From: Vampirovibrio sp.
Lineage (GTDB): Bacteria; Cyanobacteriota; Vampirovibrionia; Vampirovibrionales; JAJTHC01
Length of the DNA stretch: 64,000 nucleotides
Assembly: GCA_050916035.1 (NCBI GenBank)
Contig: CP050876.1
Span: 608,635 to 672,634, forward strand
Direction: 5' to 3'
Shown: in pieces, positions 8,909 to 19,112 of the stretch
Layout: the number at the start of each line of letters is the position of its first letter
Position numbering within the stretch: position 1 is the stretch's first letter
Notes under the pieces: model-generated
Databases searched by the model: none
Told to the model about the DNA's origin: nothing
What the model saw: the letters and a program-made list of their open reading frames with translations, nothing else
Position numbers and translations under genes: made by a program

Positions 8909-11900
8909 ATGAAAAAAGCCTTTTCTATTGGCGTGATCCGTTTATGGAGGATCTTTTGGCATCTTCCTAAAGGCGTTTTGGTGACTTTGGGAGTCTGGTT
9001 GGGACTGGTGGCTTTTGTGAATGTCGGCTTGCTTTTTTGGGATCCCCTTCCTGTGGCGCTGCCTGTTTTGAATCAATGGTTCGAGCAGAAACATCAGTCT
9101 CATCTTGAACTACAGGGCTTGCGGGTATTTGTTTTGCCGTGGGGAACGGTGTTAACCAAGGCACGGCAGCTAAAATGGCAGTCGACGACTCAGCAGGCCA
9201 AAGTGCCCAACTGGCAGATTCAGGCGGAAGGGGCAACGGTTCCTTTACATGTGTGGCGCTTTTTTTTAGGAGGCCCCACCGCCTTATTGGGGACCTTTCA
9301 CGTCAAGCAGGTCACGGCGAATAGTCAGGGGAATGAGGGGCTCCGCGCCTTTAAGTCGGTCTTAGATACCTTTAAATCCAAGCCTGAATCGAACCCTTCT
9401 CCCTTGGGGGAACATATTAAAGTTCATCTTGATGGGGCGACGGTTACGATTGAAGACTTAGCAGGGAATCGTTTGCTTCGTCCGAATACTTACGAACTGG
9501 GGCTTGAAAAAACGGAGGTCAATTGGCATCGAACGCCTCAACGGCTTCGTGTGGGTATGCAGCATTGGCGGGTGAAGACGCCTGATGCTCAACGGGCTTT
9601 TTCTGTGGGTAAGCCTGCCGTGTTTCGAACCCTTGTATCGGGAACGGCGAAGGGTGACTTGTATTTAGGACCGTGGATTAAAGCGTTTCATGTGGAAGCG
9701 CATCGCCCCCCTGATGCCTCACTTTTTTGGAAGGCCTTACATGAATCAGGTTGGTTGGACGTGTCGCTTAACACGGGGGCGTGGTCTTCTCTCTTCGTTA
9801 AAAAACCGCTTCTTGCATCTCCGTACATTCAGCCTGCTTTACGGATGAGTTGGCGTGGGAGCCCCTTATTTTATGAGTCTGCGTTAGCCATAGAAGGGCA
9901 TTTGATGCCTCAAAAAGAGGCCCATCTACAGGTGCTCGCTCAGTGGATGCCTCCTGCAAAGGGTACGCCTTTAGGGGGATTACAGTTGACCAAAATACAG
10001 TTGACGCACCCTCAAGGGGCCTTGTCTTTAAACGGAAATATAGCGCCACAGTGGACGAATCCAACCCCTTTGAAAGAAGCCTTTAAACGTTTAGCATGGC
10101 AGTTGAGCGGAAATTTTGACTTGCAAGCCCAGTCTACTTTAAACGCTTTGCAGAAGGAATTGGCGCGTCAAGGATTAAGCTGGCAGGCAGGGCATTTGCA
10201 GGCCAAGCTGGATTTAAAAGGCCTTGGGGTACAGGCGTCCACCTCTCAAATGAAGTTTAAAACGGTGGAACCCTTACAGGTTGTTTTTTCAAAAGCCATT
10301 CGTATGGGAACCGTTACCTTTCCTAAGGCCACGCAAGTGCAGGGGTTGGAGGTGGAAGGGGATGTGACGCCTGAGCAGGTGGCGTGGCGTCAGGCGAAAA
10401 CGGATTTACGCGTGGCGATGGATGCTCCCCCTGTTCGATTGAATTCAGAAGGGGTCTTTCATTTTAAAAATCAAACGATTCATCTACAAGCGGATTCTCC
10501 TGTATTGACGGCCCCTCACTTGTCTGCCTTTTTAAGACGCAACCCTCACTTGGTCCCCCCCCCCTACTTTGCCTTATTGGCCCAGCCTTCATGGAAGGGG
10601 GGCGCCTTTCAACCTCATTATCAGCAAGACACGGCAAAAGATACCTTGTTGCTTCATACCGATATTAAAGCGATGTTTCCTCACCCTGAGCGAGGGGAGT
10701 CTTTGCCGTTGAAGCTTGAAGGACACCTTAAACTCTATAATACGCCGCAGGACCACCTTTTAGTGGTTGGGGACTCCCTTAAAGAGCAAATGGCTAAAAT
10801 TCAGGTGGGAAATCAAGCCCCTATAGAAGGCAATTACCTGATTCATCTTTTGAATGAGGCGCAAGAAATACGACTGCACTGTCCTTCCCAAGCCTTAGAA
10901 CCTGTATTGGCATGGGTAAATCACTTAGGGGTCACTTTGCCACAGGTGGCCAAGCCGAAAGATACCCTTGGGGTGAAGCACATCAAGCTCTTTCTAAACA
11001 AGACGACCCCTCGTTTACTGGAATTGAAGGAGGCGGTCTTGAATTTAGGAGAGCTGGGTCAGATGAAGGCCTCCGCCTTGTGTCAGTCGCAATGTGATTG
11101 GCAGAGCGATGGGCACTTGGATTTACCTCAGGTCTTTAAGCGATTAGGGGTATCCGTGCCGAAGGTGAGTGTATTAAAGGGGAAGGCCCATTGGCAGTTG
11201 CACGGTCAAAGCCATGCGCAAAAAGGGACGCTACAGGCCTTGTTGGGGGATCTACAAGTCGATGATCTTCGTTTGCGTTATCTTCAGCATCCGCAATTGA
11301 TTCAAAGTCCGCGAATTGCTTTGCACGCCAAGGGGTCTTCATGGTTGCTGGATCCAAACATCTTAGATTGGGGGCCCTTTCATGCCACTTTTCAAGGACA
11401 AGGCACGCAGGGGATTGGGGCGGGCCACTCGTCTCATTTGTCTTTGCGTTTAAAGTCTTTATTTTTAAAAAATATCTTTTTTACTCCTGGAGATGAAATG
11501 CAATTTGCCTTTCAGGATGCCACTGCGTATGAAACGCAGCAGGCTCAGCGTTGGCAAGCGTGGTGGAAGGGCTTAAAGGTTCAATTGCCTGAACGGGTGA
11601 ATCCAACGGGGCAGATGGATCTGGATCTCAGGCTGGATGACGGCAAGCCGACGGCTCAATTTGCTTTAAATCAGGTGGGGGGGTACTTCCCCACCTTGGC
11701 GCCTGAACCTTTTTCGCGGGTGACGGGCACCTTTGAATATGGTGAAGGCAACCGTATTCGTTTAACTGAAGCGGGTTTGAAGGGGTATTATGGACTGAGT
11801 CCGTGGGATGCGACGAACTTAAAAATGACGGCAACGCCTGCAGGGGTCGTGATAGATGGTCGCTTTGTCTTAGATTTACATCCACGGGAATTGAATCGTT

Positions 11901-13648
11901 TCATGGCGCTTTCCGCACAGACACAAATGACCCATTATAATTTGAGTACGCACGCGGTGATGGATGCTGCTTTGAACTTGCCTCAATGGAATTTGACGCA
12001 TCCCCATAGTTCGGGTAAAGCGCGACTTTCTGTGGATGTTGAACCGATTCAGGAGGCAACACCAGTCCCGCTTGAAGCGCCTGCGCCTTTTTTGAAAAGC
12101 GTGTCTTCTTTACGAATGGATCATGGCGATTGGGAACTGGAACAGGGGGAAATTTACCCCTTAGGCATGAAAAATCCTATTTATATTCAAGCGTCTTTAG
12201 ATGCCCCTGAAGCGATTCGTCACTTGTTTTCATCTCACGCGCGTATTTGGACGCCTCAGCCCTTGCAACTCAAGCAGTTGCAATATAATCAACAGTCTCC
12301 TTATAGCACAGGAGAAGTTTTTACCGATTTGGCGTGGACCTCCGCCAATGGAGCGCCTGTAGGGTCCATTGTGTTTAAAGGCATTGAAAGTCCTCTCTTG
12401 AATGTGGGGGACCTGACGGGGAAAGTCACTTTGGCAGAAGATCATGCGGGCATTCATCTTCAATCCTTTAAAACCCAGCAAGGTTCTACCGTTAACTGGA
12501 AGGCTGAAATGTCGTTACCACAGGCTTTGCCCTTTCAATTTAAAGAAAGTCATGTGCATTCTGCCTATTGGGATTTAAATGATTTAAGCAGTAGTTTAAA
12601 TAAGCAAGTTACGTTTTGGCTCGCCCCCTTCAAGGAAGGGGAAGCGGAAGTCGCCCAGTGGCTCCCTCAGTATCGGGTGACCTATCCCTTTGAATTACGC
12701 AATTCTTTATTGACGTGGGACATGGGCGTTTTTCAAAACATCGCGGTACAAGACGGTCAAGGGCTCATCAATCTTTATCAGAATGGGGTGCTTCAGTTGG
12801 AGGATACCCGTTTTAAAATTGTGGAGGGGGATTTACTCATGGCCTTGACCATGGATCCCTTCAATAATAATGCAACGTCTCTAAAATTGCAGGCGCAGAA
12901 TGTACCCGCCAACCCTGTTTTTTATGGATTAACGGGGGTTCAACAGTTGGTGATTGGTAAATTGAATGGGGGCTTTGAATTAGGGACTTCGGGAAGTACA
13001 CCAGATGATTTTTTGAGAAATGCGAGTGGAAAATCCTCCTTGACCATTTCAGAAGGGCGGATGCCTGAACTAGTGACGGTGGAAAATATCTTGTCTAAGG
13101 TGTCCATTGTACGGGGCGGTTTGCTCAACTTAGATTTGTCTGATGTGGGGACGTTTTTAAAACGGGTGGATAAAAATAGCCCTGCGATTTCAGAAACGTA
13201 TCAAGCCGATGTGCAGGTGGTCAATGGGCTTTTGTTGACCAATTATTTTGTCACGGCAGGGGAGCGTATGAATCTCAACGTCAAAGGCAGTTTGAACTTA
13301 CTGAGTCAGCAGAGCCATATGATGATTCGTGCGGATATCTTGACCAATCAAAAAGGTTTAAGTCCCTCTCAATTGAATATTCGTAAAATTTTACGTTACT
13401 TACCGATTATCGGGCATTTGCCCCATCGATCTTATGGTTTGATTGATTATATTCCTGTGGTGGGGTATATTCCTGCCTTTGGATTTAATACGCAAGACAC
13501 GAATATGTTTTATGTACGTGTGAACGGGAAGCTAGATAATCCCAAAGATTTTGAACTGCCTCAGTGGGTGAATGGCGCGGAGCATTTTAAGAAATGGTCT
13601 TATAACTTAAAGGATCGTCCCTTGTCGCCTGAAGGTTTGCCTAAATAA
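8909..13648 (+). CDS. Giant TamB/AsmA-like outer-membrane biogenesis protein
   Basis: About 1580 aa with an N-terminal signal anchor; long beta-rich sequence; C-terminal region (NLNVKGSLNLL...YVRVNGKLDNP) resembles the TamB DUF490 C-terminus. Confidence 0.6.
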   Translation: MKKAFSIGVIRLWRIFWHLPKGVLVTLGVWLGLVAFVNVGLLFWDPLPVALPVLNQWFEQKHQSHLELQGLRVFVLPWGTVLTKARQLKWQSTTQQAKVPNWQIQAEGATVPLHVWRFFLGGPTALLGTFHVKQVTANSQGNEGLRAFKSVLDTFKSKPESNPSPLGEHIKVHLDGATVTIEDLAGNRLLRPNTYELGLEKTEVNWHRTPQRLRVGMQHWRVKTPDAQRAFSVGKPAVFRTLVSGTAKGDLYLGPWIKAFHVEAHRPPDASLFWKALHESGWLDVSLNTGAWSSLFVKKPLLASPYIQPALRMSWRGSPLFYESALAIEGHLMPQKEAHLQVLAQWMPPAKGTPLGGLQLTKIQLTHPQGALSLNGNIAPQWTNPTPLKEAFKRLAWQLSGNFDLQAQSTLNALQKELARQGLSWQAGHLQAKLDLKGLGVQASTSQMKFKTVEPLQVVFSKAIRMGTVTFPKATQVQGLEVEGDVTPEQVAWRQAKTDLRVAMDAPPVRLNSEGVFHFKNQTIHLQADSPVLTAPHLSAFLRRNPHLVPPPYFALLAQPSWKGGAFQPHYQQDTAKDTLLLHTDIKAMFPHPERGESLPLKLEGHLKLYNTPQDHLLVVGDSLKEQMAKIQVGNQAPIEGNYLIHLLNEAQEIRLHCPSQALEPVLAWVNHLGVTLPQVAKPKDTLGVKHIKLFLNKTTPRLLELKEAVLNLGELGQMKASALCQSQCDWQSDGHLDLPQVFKRLGVSVPKVSVLKGKAHWQLHGQSHAQKGTLQALLGDLQVDDLRLRYLQHPQLIQSPRIALHAKGSSWLLDPNILDWGPFHATFQGQGTQGIGAGHSSHLSLRLKSLFLKNIFFTPGDEMQFAFQDATAYETQQAQRWQAWWKGLKVQLPERVNPTGQMDLDLRLDDGKPTAQFALNQVGGYFPTLAPEPFSRVTGTFEYGEGNRIRLTEAGLKGYYGLSPWDATNLKMTATPAGVVIDGRFVLDLHPRELNRFMALSAQTQMTHYNLSTHAVMDAALNLPQWNLTHPHSSGKARLSVDVEPIQEATPVPLEAPAPFLKSVSSLRMDHGDWELEQGEIYPLGMKNPIYIQASLDAPEAIRHLFSSHARIWTPQPLQLKQLQYNQQSPYSTGEVFTDLAWTSANGAPVGSIVFKGIESPLLNVGDLTGKVTLAEDHAGIHLQSFKTQQGSTVNWKAEMSLPQALPFQFKESHVHSAYWDLNDLSSSLNKQVTFWLAPFKEGEAEVAQWLPQYRVTYPFELRNSLLTWDMGVFQNIAVQDGQGLINLYQNGVLQLEDTRFKIVEGDLLMALTMDPFNNNATSLKLQAQNVPANPVFYGLTGVQQLVIGKLNGGFELGTSGSTPDDFLRNASGKSSLTISEGRMPELVTVENILSKVSIVRGGLLNLDLSDVGTFLKRVDKNSPAISETYQADVQVVNGLLLTNYFVTAGERMNLNVKGSLNLLSQQSHMMIRADILTNQKGLSPSQLNIRKILRYLPIIGHLPHRSYGLIDYIPVVGYIPAFGFNTQDTNMFYVRVNGKLDNPKDFELPQWVNGAEHFKKWSYNLKDRPLSPEGLPK

Positions 13649-13743
13649 ATCCCTCGCTTTTTTCTCCCCCTTATATAGAGGAGCCTCTTGCAGGCTAGTC
13701 CTCCCCTCTTCGAAGGGGGATTCATAGTCTTGAATATCTATAG

Positions 13744-14109
13744 ATGAGGTTTTGTTCTATGCACGCTCAACAAGCTCCTTCTGGTCCCCCTCCCGCGGTC
13801 TTGATTTTTTTAAAGTCTTTGGCCACTCCGTTGGTCTTGTATACGGCCAATACACAGGAAACCTTTCAAGAAATTAAGGAGGCGATGAAGCTTGCGAAGC
13901 CTTCAGCCCCCAAGTTAATTGAAAAAGAAACCTTGGGGCCTTTAAAGATCGTCTTTTTTTGGGACACTGAAATTGCAGGCGCTGCCCTTCAAATGGAAAC
14001 GCCTCCTCCGCCTCCTCCGCCTGGAACGATGTCTGCGTCGTCTCGTTTGCCTTTGAACCCTTCTTTAAAAGCGGGTTTACCTCCGTCTCCCCCCTCCCTC
14101 AAAAAATAG
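13744..14109 (+). CDS. Hypothetical proline-rich protein (PPPPPPPG tract, LKK motifs)
   Basis: 121-aa ORF; coding status uncertain; low complexity. Confidence 0.3.
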   Translation: MRFCSMHAQQAPSGPPPAVLIFLKSLATPLVLYTANTQETFQEIKEAMKLAKPSAPKLIEKETLGPLKIVFFWDTEIAGAALQMETPPPPPPPGTMSASSRLPLNPSLKAGLPPSPPSLKK

Positions 14110-14287
14110 CGCGTTTAAAAATAGAATCTTTTACAATTTTTAAGAGATTTTTAGTATTGGGGAAAGATCGTCTCCATTGAAAAGCGGAACTTTTTTGTTA
14201 CAGTCTTTTCTTTCCTTCAAAAGCAGGCGTACAATAGAGCCATATCGGTGAAGCAGTGTTTCATCTGAACGTGCAAAGGGGCTTTGC

Positions 14288-15169
14288 TTGTCGTCTTTCT
14301 TGCGTTTACAGTCTTTACATTTTTGGAGCGTGGGCTGTCTTTTAAGTCTTCTGTTTTGGGTGACTACGGCGGGGGCTGAAACAGTCGTGCAGACGCCTAC
14401 GGAAGAAATGAAGCATATTTTGGTAAATCTGCATCAACGTTATGCAGAAACGGTGCAGGAAAATGCCAAGTTGTTGTCGCAAGTTCAGGTACTTCAACAA
14501 GAAGGAACTCTAGCCAATACTCCCTCGACCCAAGGCAGTGTCATGGTGGAGACGGCCTTACAGAAACGGCTAACGGAAGCGACTCAAGCCCTTGAAAATG
14601 CCATTCAAACGATTCAAAATCAACAACGTCAAATTGAAACGTTGAGTGACCGTGTCAATACGCTACAGTCTTTACAGATGGAGGGGGTGGTGACACTAAC
14701 GGGCGAAGAAGAAACTCCTTTGCTGCCTCGATTGAATTCCCCCACCCTTCAAACGACTTCTTTTCAAGGAAAGCCTCTGGGAGGAGCCGCCACGATGCAT
14801 ACGCCTTCTCCAGAGGTGACGCGTTGGGTGAATCAAGCCACGACCTTACGGAAAGCGGGGCGCTATGTTCAAGCGGAAGCGTGCTTAGAAAAGGCCTTAC
14901 GGGTGTCGCCTCAAGAGGCCACGATTTATTATAATCTAGGGAATCTGTATGCGGCAGAGCAGGCGCTTTTGAAGGCTAAGAATGCGTATCTCAAGGCGTT
15001 GAATCTTAAACCTGATTTTGTACAAGCTTATTATAATGTGGGTTTAATTTATGACCGTTTAAATGATGCGCCTAATGCACAATGGTATTTAAAAGAATAC
15101 TTGCAACGGGTCCCCAATAGTCCGCATCGGGCGGATATAGACGCTATTTTGTCGAAACGTGTTGAATAA
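14288..15169 (+). CDS. Secreted/periplasmic TPR-repeat protein with an N-terminal coiled coil
   Basis: 293 aa; signal peptide; TPR-like repeats at the C-terminus (YYNLGNLYAAEQ..., YYNVGLIYDRLND). Confidence 0.65.
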   Translation: MSSFLRLQSLHFWSVGCLLSLLFWVTTAGAETVVQTPTEEMKHILVNLHQRYAETVQENAKLLSQVQVLQQEGTLANTPSTQGSVMVETALQKRLTEATQALENAIQTIQNQQRQIETLSDRVNTLQSLQMEGVVTLTGEEETPLLPRLNSPTLQTTSFQGKPLGGAATMHTPSPEVTRWVNQATTLRKAGRYVQAEACLEKALRVSPQEATIYYNLGNLYAAEQALLKAKNAYLKALNLKPDFVQAYYNVGLIYDRLNDAPNAQWYLKEYLQRVPNSPHRADIDAILSKRVE

Positions 15170-17315
15170 GGGACGACGTTGGAAAGGCTTATTTTTGAGT
15201 GAGGGGTTTGTGTTAGCATGTCTGTATACGTGTTCATCGGAGGCTTTTGTTATGACGGGTCCCGCTGTGGATGAAAAGCAAGCGTTTCATCCGACCGATT
15301 TTGTTCAAATGATTGACGCTTGGGCGGGGTATCAGGTTCGGCCTGTACAAATTCGGATGATGCAAGCTGTTGAAGCCGCTCTTCATCATGGGCATCACTT
15401 GATGGTGGAAGCGGGGACGGGAGCGGGGAAATCCTTTGGCTACTTGTTGCCTGCTTTATTACAGGGCAAACGTCCTATTGTGATTTCAACAGGGAGCATT
15501 GCCTTGCAAGAACAATTGCTTTATAAGGATGTCCCCGCCTTAGCGCATCACTTATATGGGAATGAATCTCATTTAAAGGTGAGCTTGGTCAAGGGGCGTG
15601 GGAATTACTTGTGTATCCATAAGCTGGAAGAGGCGCAAGAGGCCTTGGGGCAGATCAGTCCGCGTGAACATTTAGACACCCAACAGGCGCGTTTGACGTT
15701 TCAATCCCTTCGCACTTCAATTTACGAAGGTTGGGAAGGCGATCGGGCAGACTTGGAGCAGGAAGTGCCCGCTAAGCGTTGGAAACAAGTGGCGAGTGAT
15801 GCAGAAGATTGTTTGGGTTGGCAATGTCGTTTTTATGATCAAAATCCGTATCGTTTGGCACGAGAACACGTTGAAAAGGCGGACGTTATTATTACCAATC
15901 ACGCGTTGTATTGTCAAGATCTAATGAGTGGGGGGGCCTTGTTACCGCCTCATGATTTGGTTATTTTTGATGAAGCGCATAGCTTGCAAAGCTACGCCAT
16001 GAATACCTTTTCTACCCGTATTGGTCGTTATCGATCCCAACAACTATTGGGGAAAATTAATAAGCAACTCATGCCACTGCCAGATGATTTAATGTGGGCT
16101 TTGAAGGAAGCGGAAGCCACTTTAATGCATCAATTGTTTCAAAAAGCGAAGCAACAATCAACGATTCGTTTGTATGACGATGAAGCCTTTAATGAAACGA
16201 TACGGATGATTCAAGGGGTTTTGTATGAGGTGTTGCATTGGGTCAATGCGTTAGACGTGTTCAGTCTTCCAGACATGCCTGTGGAGACTAAAAAACAGCA
16301 GTTGAAGGCGCAGCAATTTGAAAAAATAAAAGAACAATTACAATCTTTGATTGAAGCGTGGGGGTTTTTCCAGCATGAATTGGCTGCTGCTGACGCCTTA
16401 GATCGTGTGAATTGGGCAGAGATTGATCATGAGCGTTTGAATTTTCAACTTGTTTCAACCCCTTTGGATTTGGATGTGTTACTCCGTCAACGTATTTGGG
16501 ATCATAAGCAGGCGATTTTAACCAGTGCGACCCTTTCAGTGCGTCAAGGTTTACGGTATTTCAATGATGCTTTGGGACTAAACGCTTCGGGGGTGAATGA
16601 AGCAGGCGTCGTGGATTTGCTTTATACGCAAGAATTGGTTTTACCTTCTGCCTTTGATACTAAGACTCAAATGCTAGGCTATATTCCCACGGTTGACGCT
16701 TTGCCAGAAATGCCACAAGCGCAAGGGTACTGGACGGCCTTGGCGGAGCAAATGAGTTTACTATTGGAAGCAAGCCAAGGGCGCGCGTTTATCCTCTTTA
16801 CGAGTCATTCCGCTATGGACCGGATGGCCCATGAATTAAGTCTACGAACCCCTTTCCCTATTCGTAAGCAGGGGGATTTCCCTCGGCAACGCTTGATTGA
16901 ATGGTTTAAAACGACGCCTCACCCTGTTTTACTGGGGACGTATACCTTTTGGGAAGGCATTGATATCCCTGGGGATCAGTTGTCTTTGGTGATGATTGAT
17001 CGTTTGCCCTTTACCGCGCCTGATGAACCTATTCATCAAGCCACGGTAGAACGCTTCAAAAGGCGTGGTGAAGATTGGTTTCATCATTATGCGTTGCCTC
17101 AAGCCATTATTAAGTTGAAACAAGGGATGGGGCGTTTACTGAGAACGCCTGAAGATCGAGGCGTTTTAGCTTTGCTAGATACCCGTTTACGTAGTAAAGG
17201 CTATGGGCGTTCGATTTTAAGTAGCCTGCCTAAAATATCCGTGGTGGAAACGATAGAAGACGTGCAGGCTTTCTTTCAGCAGGGAGAAAAAGCCCCGTCA
17301 CTTAAGACGAAATAA
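15159..17315 (+). CDS. dinG: ATP-dependent DNA helicase, DinG/Rad3 (XPD) family
   Basis: Walker A GTGAGKS, DEAH box VIFDEAHSL, four Cys typical of the Fe-S domain (CIHK...C...CLGWQC), and a helicase C-terminal domain. The true start may be the internal Met at 15252. Confidence 0.8.
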   Translation: MLNKGRRWKGLFLSEGFVLACLYTCSSEAFVMTGPAVDEKQAFHPTDFVQMIDAWAGYQVRPVQIRMMQAVEAALHHGHHLMVEAGTGAGKSFGYLLPALLQGKRPIVISTGSIALQEQLLYKDVPALAHHLYGNESHLKVSLVKGRGNYLCIHKLEEAQEALGQISPREHLDTQQARLTFQSLRTSIYEGWEGDRADLEQEVPAKRWKQVASDAEDCLGWQCRFYDQNPYRLAREHVEKADVIITNHALYCQDLMSGGALLPPHDLVIFDEAHSLQSYAMNTFSTRIGRYRSQQLLGKINKQLMPLPDDLMWALKEAEATLMHQLFQKAKQQSTIRLYDDEAFNETIRMIQGVLYEVLHWVNALDVFSLPDMPVETKKQQLKAQQFEKIKEQLQSLIEAWGFFQHELAAADALDRVNWAEIDHERLNFQLVSTPLDLDVLLRQRIWDHKQAILTSATLSVRQGLRYFNDALGLNASGVNEAGVVDLLYTQELVLPSAFDTKTQMLGYIPTVDALPEMPQAQGYWTALAEQMSLLLEASQGRAFILFTSHSAMDRMAHELSLRTPFPIRKQGDFPRQRLIEWFKTTPHPVLLGTYTFWEGIDIPGDQLSLVMIDRLPFTAPDEPIHQATVERFKRRGEDWFHHYALPQAIIKLKQGMGRLLRTPEDRGVLALLDTRLRSKGYGRSILSSLPKISVVETIEDVQAFFQQGEKAPSLKTK

Positions 17316-18573
17316 TATCCGTCATTTTACCTTCATCTTCTATGCCTGCAAGAATCAAAGTCGCATATTGACCCGCCTCCCCTTCAGGATCGAGTTCTTG
17401 GGCATAGGCAAAATGTTTTTTAGCGCGATCAATTTTATTTTCTTTGAGTGAAGAGGTGGCCACATTGTTGTGACACCAAGGGTCTGAAGGATCCAGAAGC
17501 AGTTGAACGTGGTATTGCATCAGGGATTTACTCCACAGTCCTTGTGCGCAGTATACGCGTGCCAGTCCATTATGAATGCGAATATCGTTGGGGGCATAGG
17601 GCAGTACCGCTTTTAGAGAGGCTTCCGCTTTAGCGTCTTGCTCCATGGCTTCATAGGCGTGGGTGATATTCATATAGGTTAGCGTGTTACTGGGTTCTAG
17701 GGTGAGCGCTTTTTCCCAATAGCGAATGGCTTTTTCTCGTTCCCCATTCAAGGCCAAGCATCCACCCAGTTCATTGAGAATCTGACTATGGAGGGTGGAC
17801 GGGAAGACGGGACTGGCCAAGGCTTTTTCCAAGGCTTGTATGGCTTCTGTGTAGCGACGATTTAATTTAAGTTGGCGTCCAGCGAGTAAATGTAGCAAGG
17901 CATCGTTGGGATGTTCTTGAATTAGTTCACTGTAGCGTTCTGCACGTTTACTTGCGGTGGGGAGTTTTTCGACTTCACTGAGTTGGGTTAAAACGGCATA
18001 TGGCGTGGCCAACGTAAAGTCGTGGAGTGCTTTGAAATAGAGTGGAGCGTCTTCCGCATTCATAAAGGTGAGCAAGTGGGATGAAATGGTCTTTAAGAGA
18101 TTATCTAACGCCCAATCGACGGGAGAAAAATCATTTTTTTTGTTGTGTAAGGGTTCAAAATGCTTGAGGGGGAATTCACGTTTCAAGACCCATTCTTTTT
18201 CAACCGTGTCATAGAGCAACATTTTTAGAGACAAGTGATCAACTTTGTTGACGTCACTGGTTTGAGGAACCCATTGGACGTGTCCTCCCACCACAAATCG
18301 GGTATGGTGGATCCCTGCCAATTGTTTTAGTAACGCATCACTGTTACGGCCGTCTTCCTCAATGGAACTGTGCCTGTCCCATTTTTCTTGCAGGGTGCGG
18401 GTCAATCCACGAATGCGGTTGTCTGTCGTGTTATTTTGCCACAGGGAACTATAAAAATTCAGGAGAAAATGTAAGACATCCATAAAGTTAGCGAGATGCG
18501 AATCTTCACGGTCGTATGTCCAAGGCAACAGTAAAAGGCGTGTTTCTTCTTGCTGAGGCATGGAAGTATCCAT
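17302..18573 (-). CDS. TPR-repeat protein
   Basis: 423 aa; the C-terminal half carries multiple TPR motifs (AIQALEKALA..., AIRYWEKALTLEP...). Confidence 0.6.
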   Translation of the reverse strand: MDTSMPQQEETRLLLLPWTYDREDSHLANFMDVLHFLLNFYSSLWQNNTTDNRIRGLTRTLQEKWDRHSSIEEDGRNSDALLKQLAGIHHTRFVVGGHVQWVPQTSDVNKVDHLSLKMLLYDTVEKEWVLKREFPLKHFEPLHNKKNDFSPVDWALDNLLKTISSHLLTFMNAEDAPLYFKALHDFTLATPYAVLTQLSEVEKLPTASKRAERYSELIQEHPNDALLHLLAGRQLKLNRRYTEAIQALEKALASPVFPSTLHSQILNELGGCLALNGEREKAIRYWEKALTLEPSNTLTYMNITHAYEAMEQDAKAEASLKAVLPYAPNDIRIHNGLARVYCAQGLWSKSLMQYHVQLLLDPSDPWCHNNVATSSLKENKIDRAKKHFAYAQELDPEGEAGQYATLILAGIEDEGKMTDIISS

Positions 18574-19112
18574 TCTTTTTAATCATTGTAAAGGGTTCAT
18601 TGGTTCTTTAGCTCTATTTTGACAGATGATACTTAAAAAGACTAGTCTTGGTGAAATAGATTCAATCACTTGAGGTATGAGGACTAAGATTTCATACGTT
18701 TTTGTCATACGATCGTCACGGACTCCTCCATTTGTTACAGTTGTGTTACATTTTTTGTTGAAATAGGGGTTCCTATGGTATAGTTATTTACGTACTATCA
18801 ACATAGTGTTTTACTTAAAAACTTTGTAAAAGAGTAGCGAACTATGACTTTTTTACCTTCTTCAGGTCTTTCTAGAAATCAATTGGGTGTCGATACGCCC
18901 ACGTCTAAAAACACGTCGGCGTCTCATCGTAATCCTCAAGGAGTGAAACAACCCGTTGAGGCTCCTTCCGCTTCCGAAGTGAAGATGCTTCAGGCATGGG
19001 TGAATAATGGGTCTATTACTGCGCCTAAAAATGCGGGACGACAACTCGATTTGATGGGCTAACTCTAACCGCTTCAAGAAGGACGGTTCAATGGGGTAAG
19101 CGCAAAGACGTC

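Noticed and set aside
8837-13648. Numerous short ORFs on both strands inside the TamB-like gene (for example 8967..9236, 9798..10064 and 11136..11357)
   Set aside because: They are nested within a single long ORF that has coherent beta-rich composition and a DUF490-like end. They have no independent support.
15159-17315. DinG helicase as part of an anti-phage defense system
   Set aside because: It has housekeeping DinG architecture (Fe-S XPD-type). Its neighbours are TPR proteins, not nucleases or other known defense partners. No support for this.
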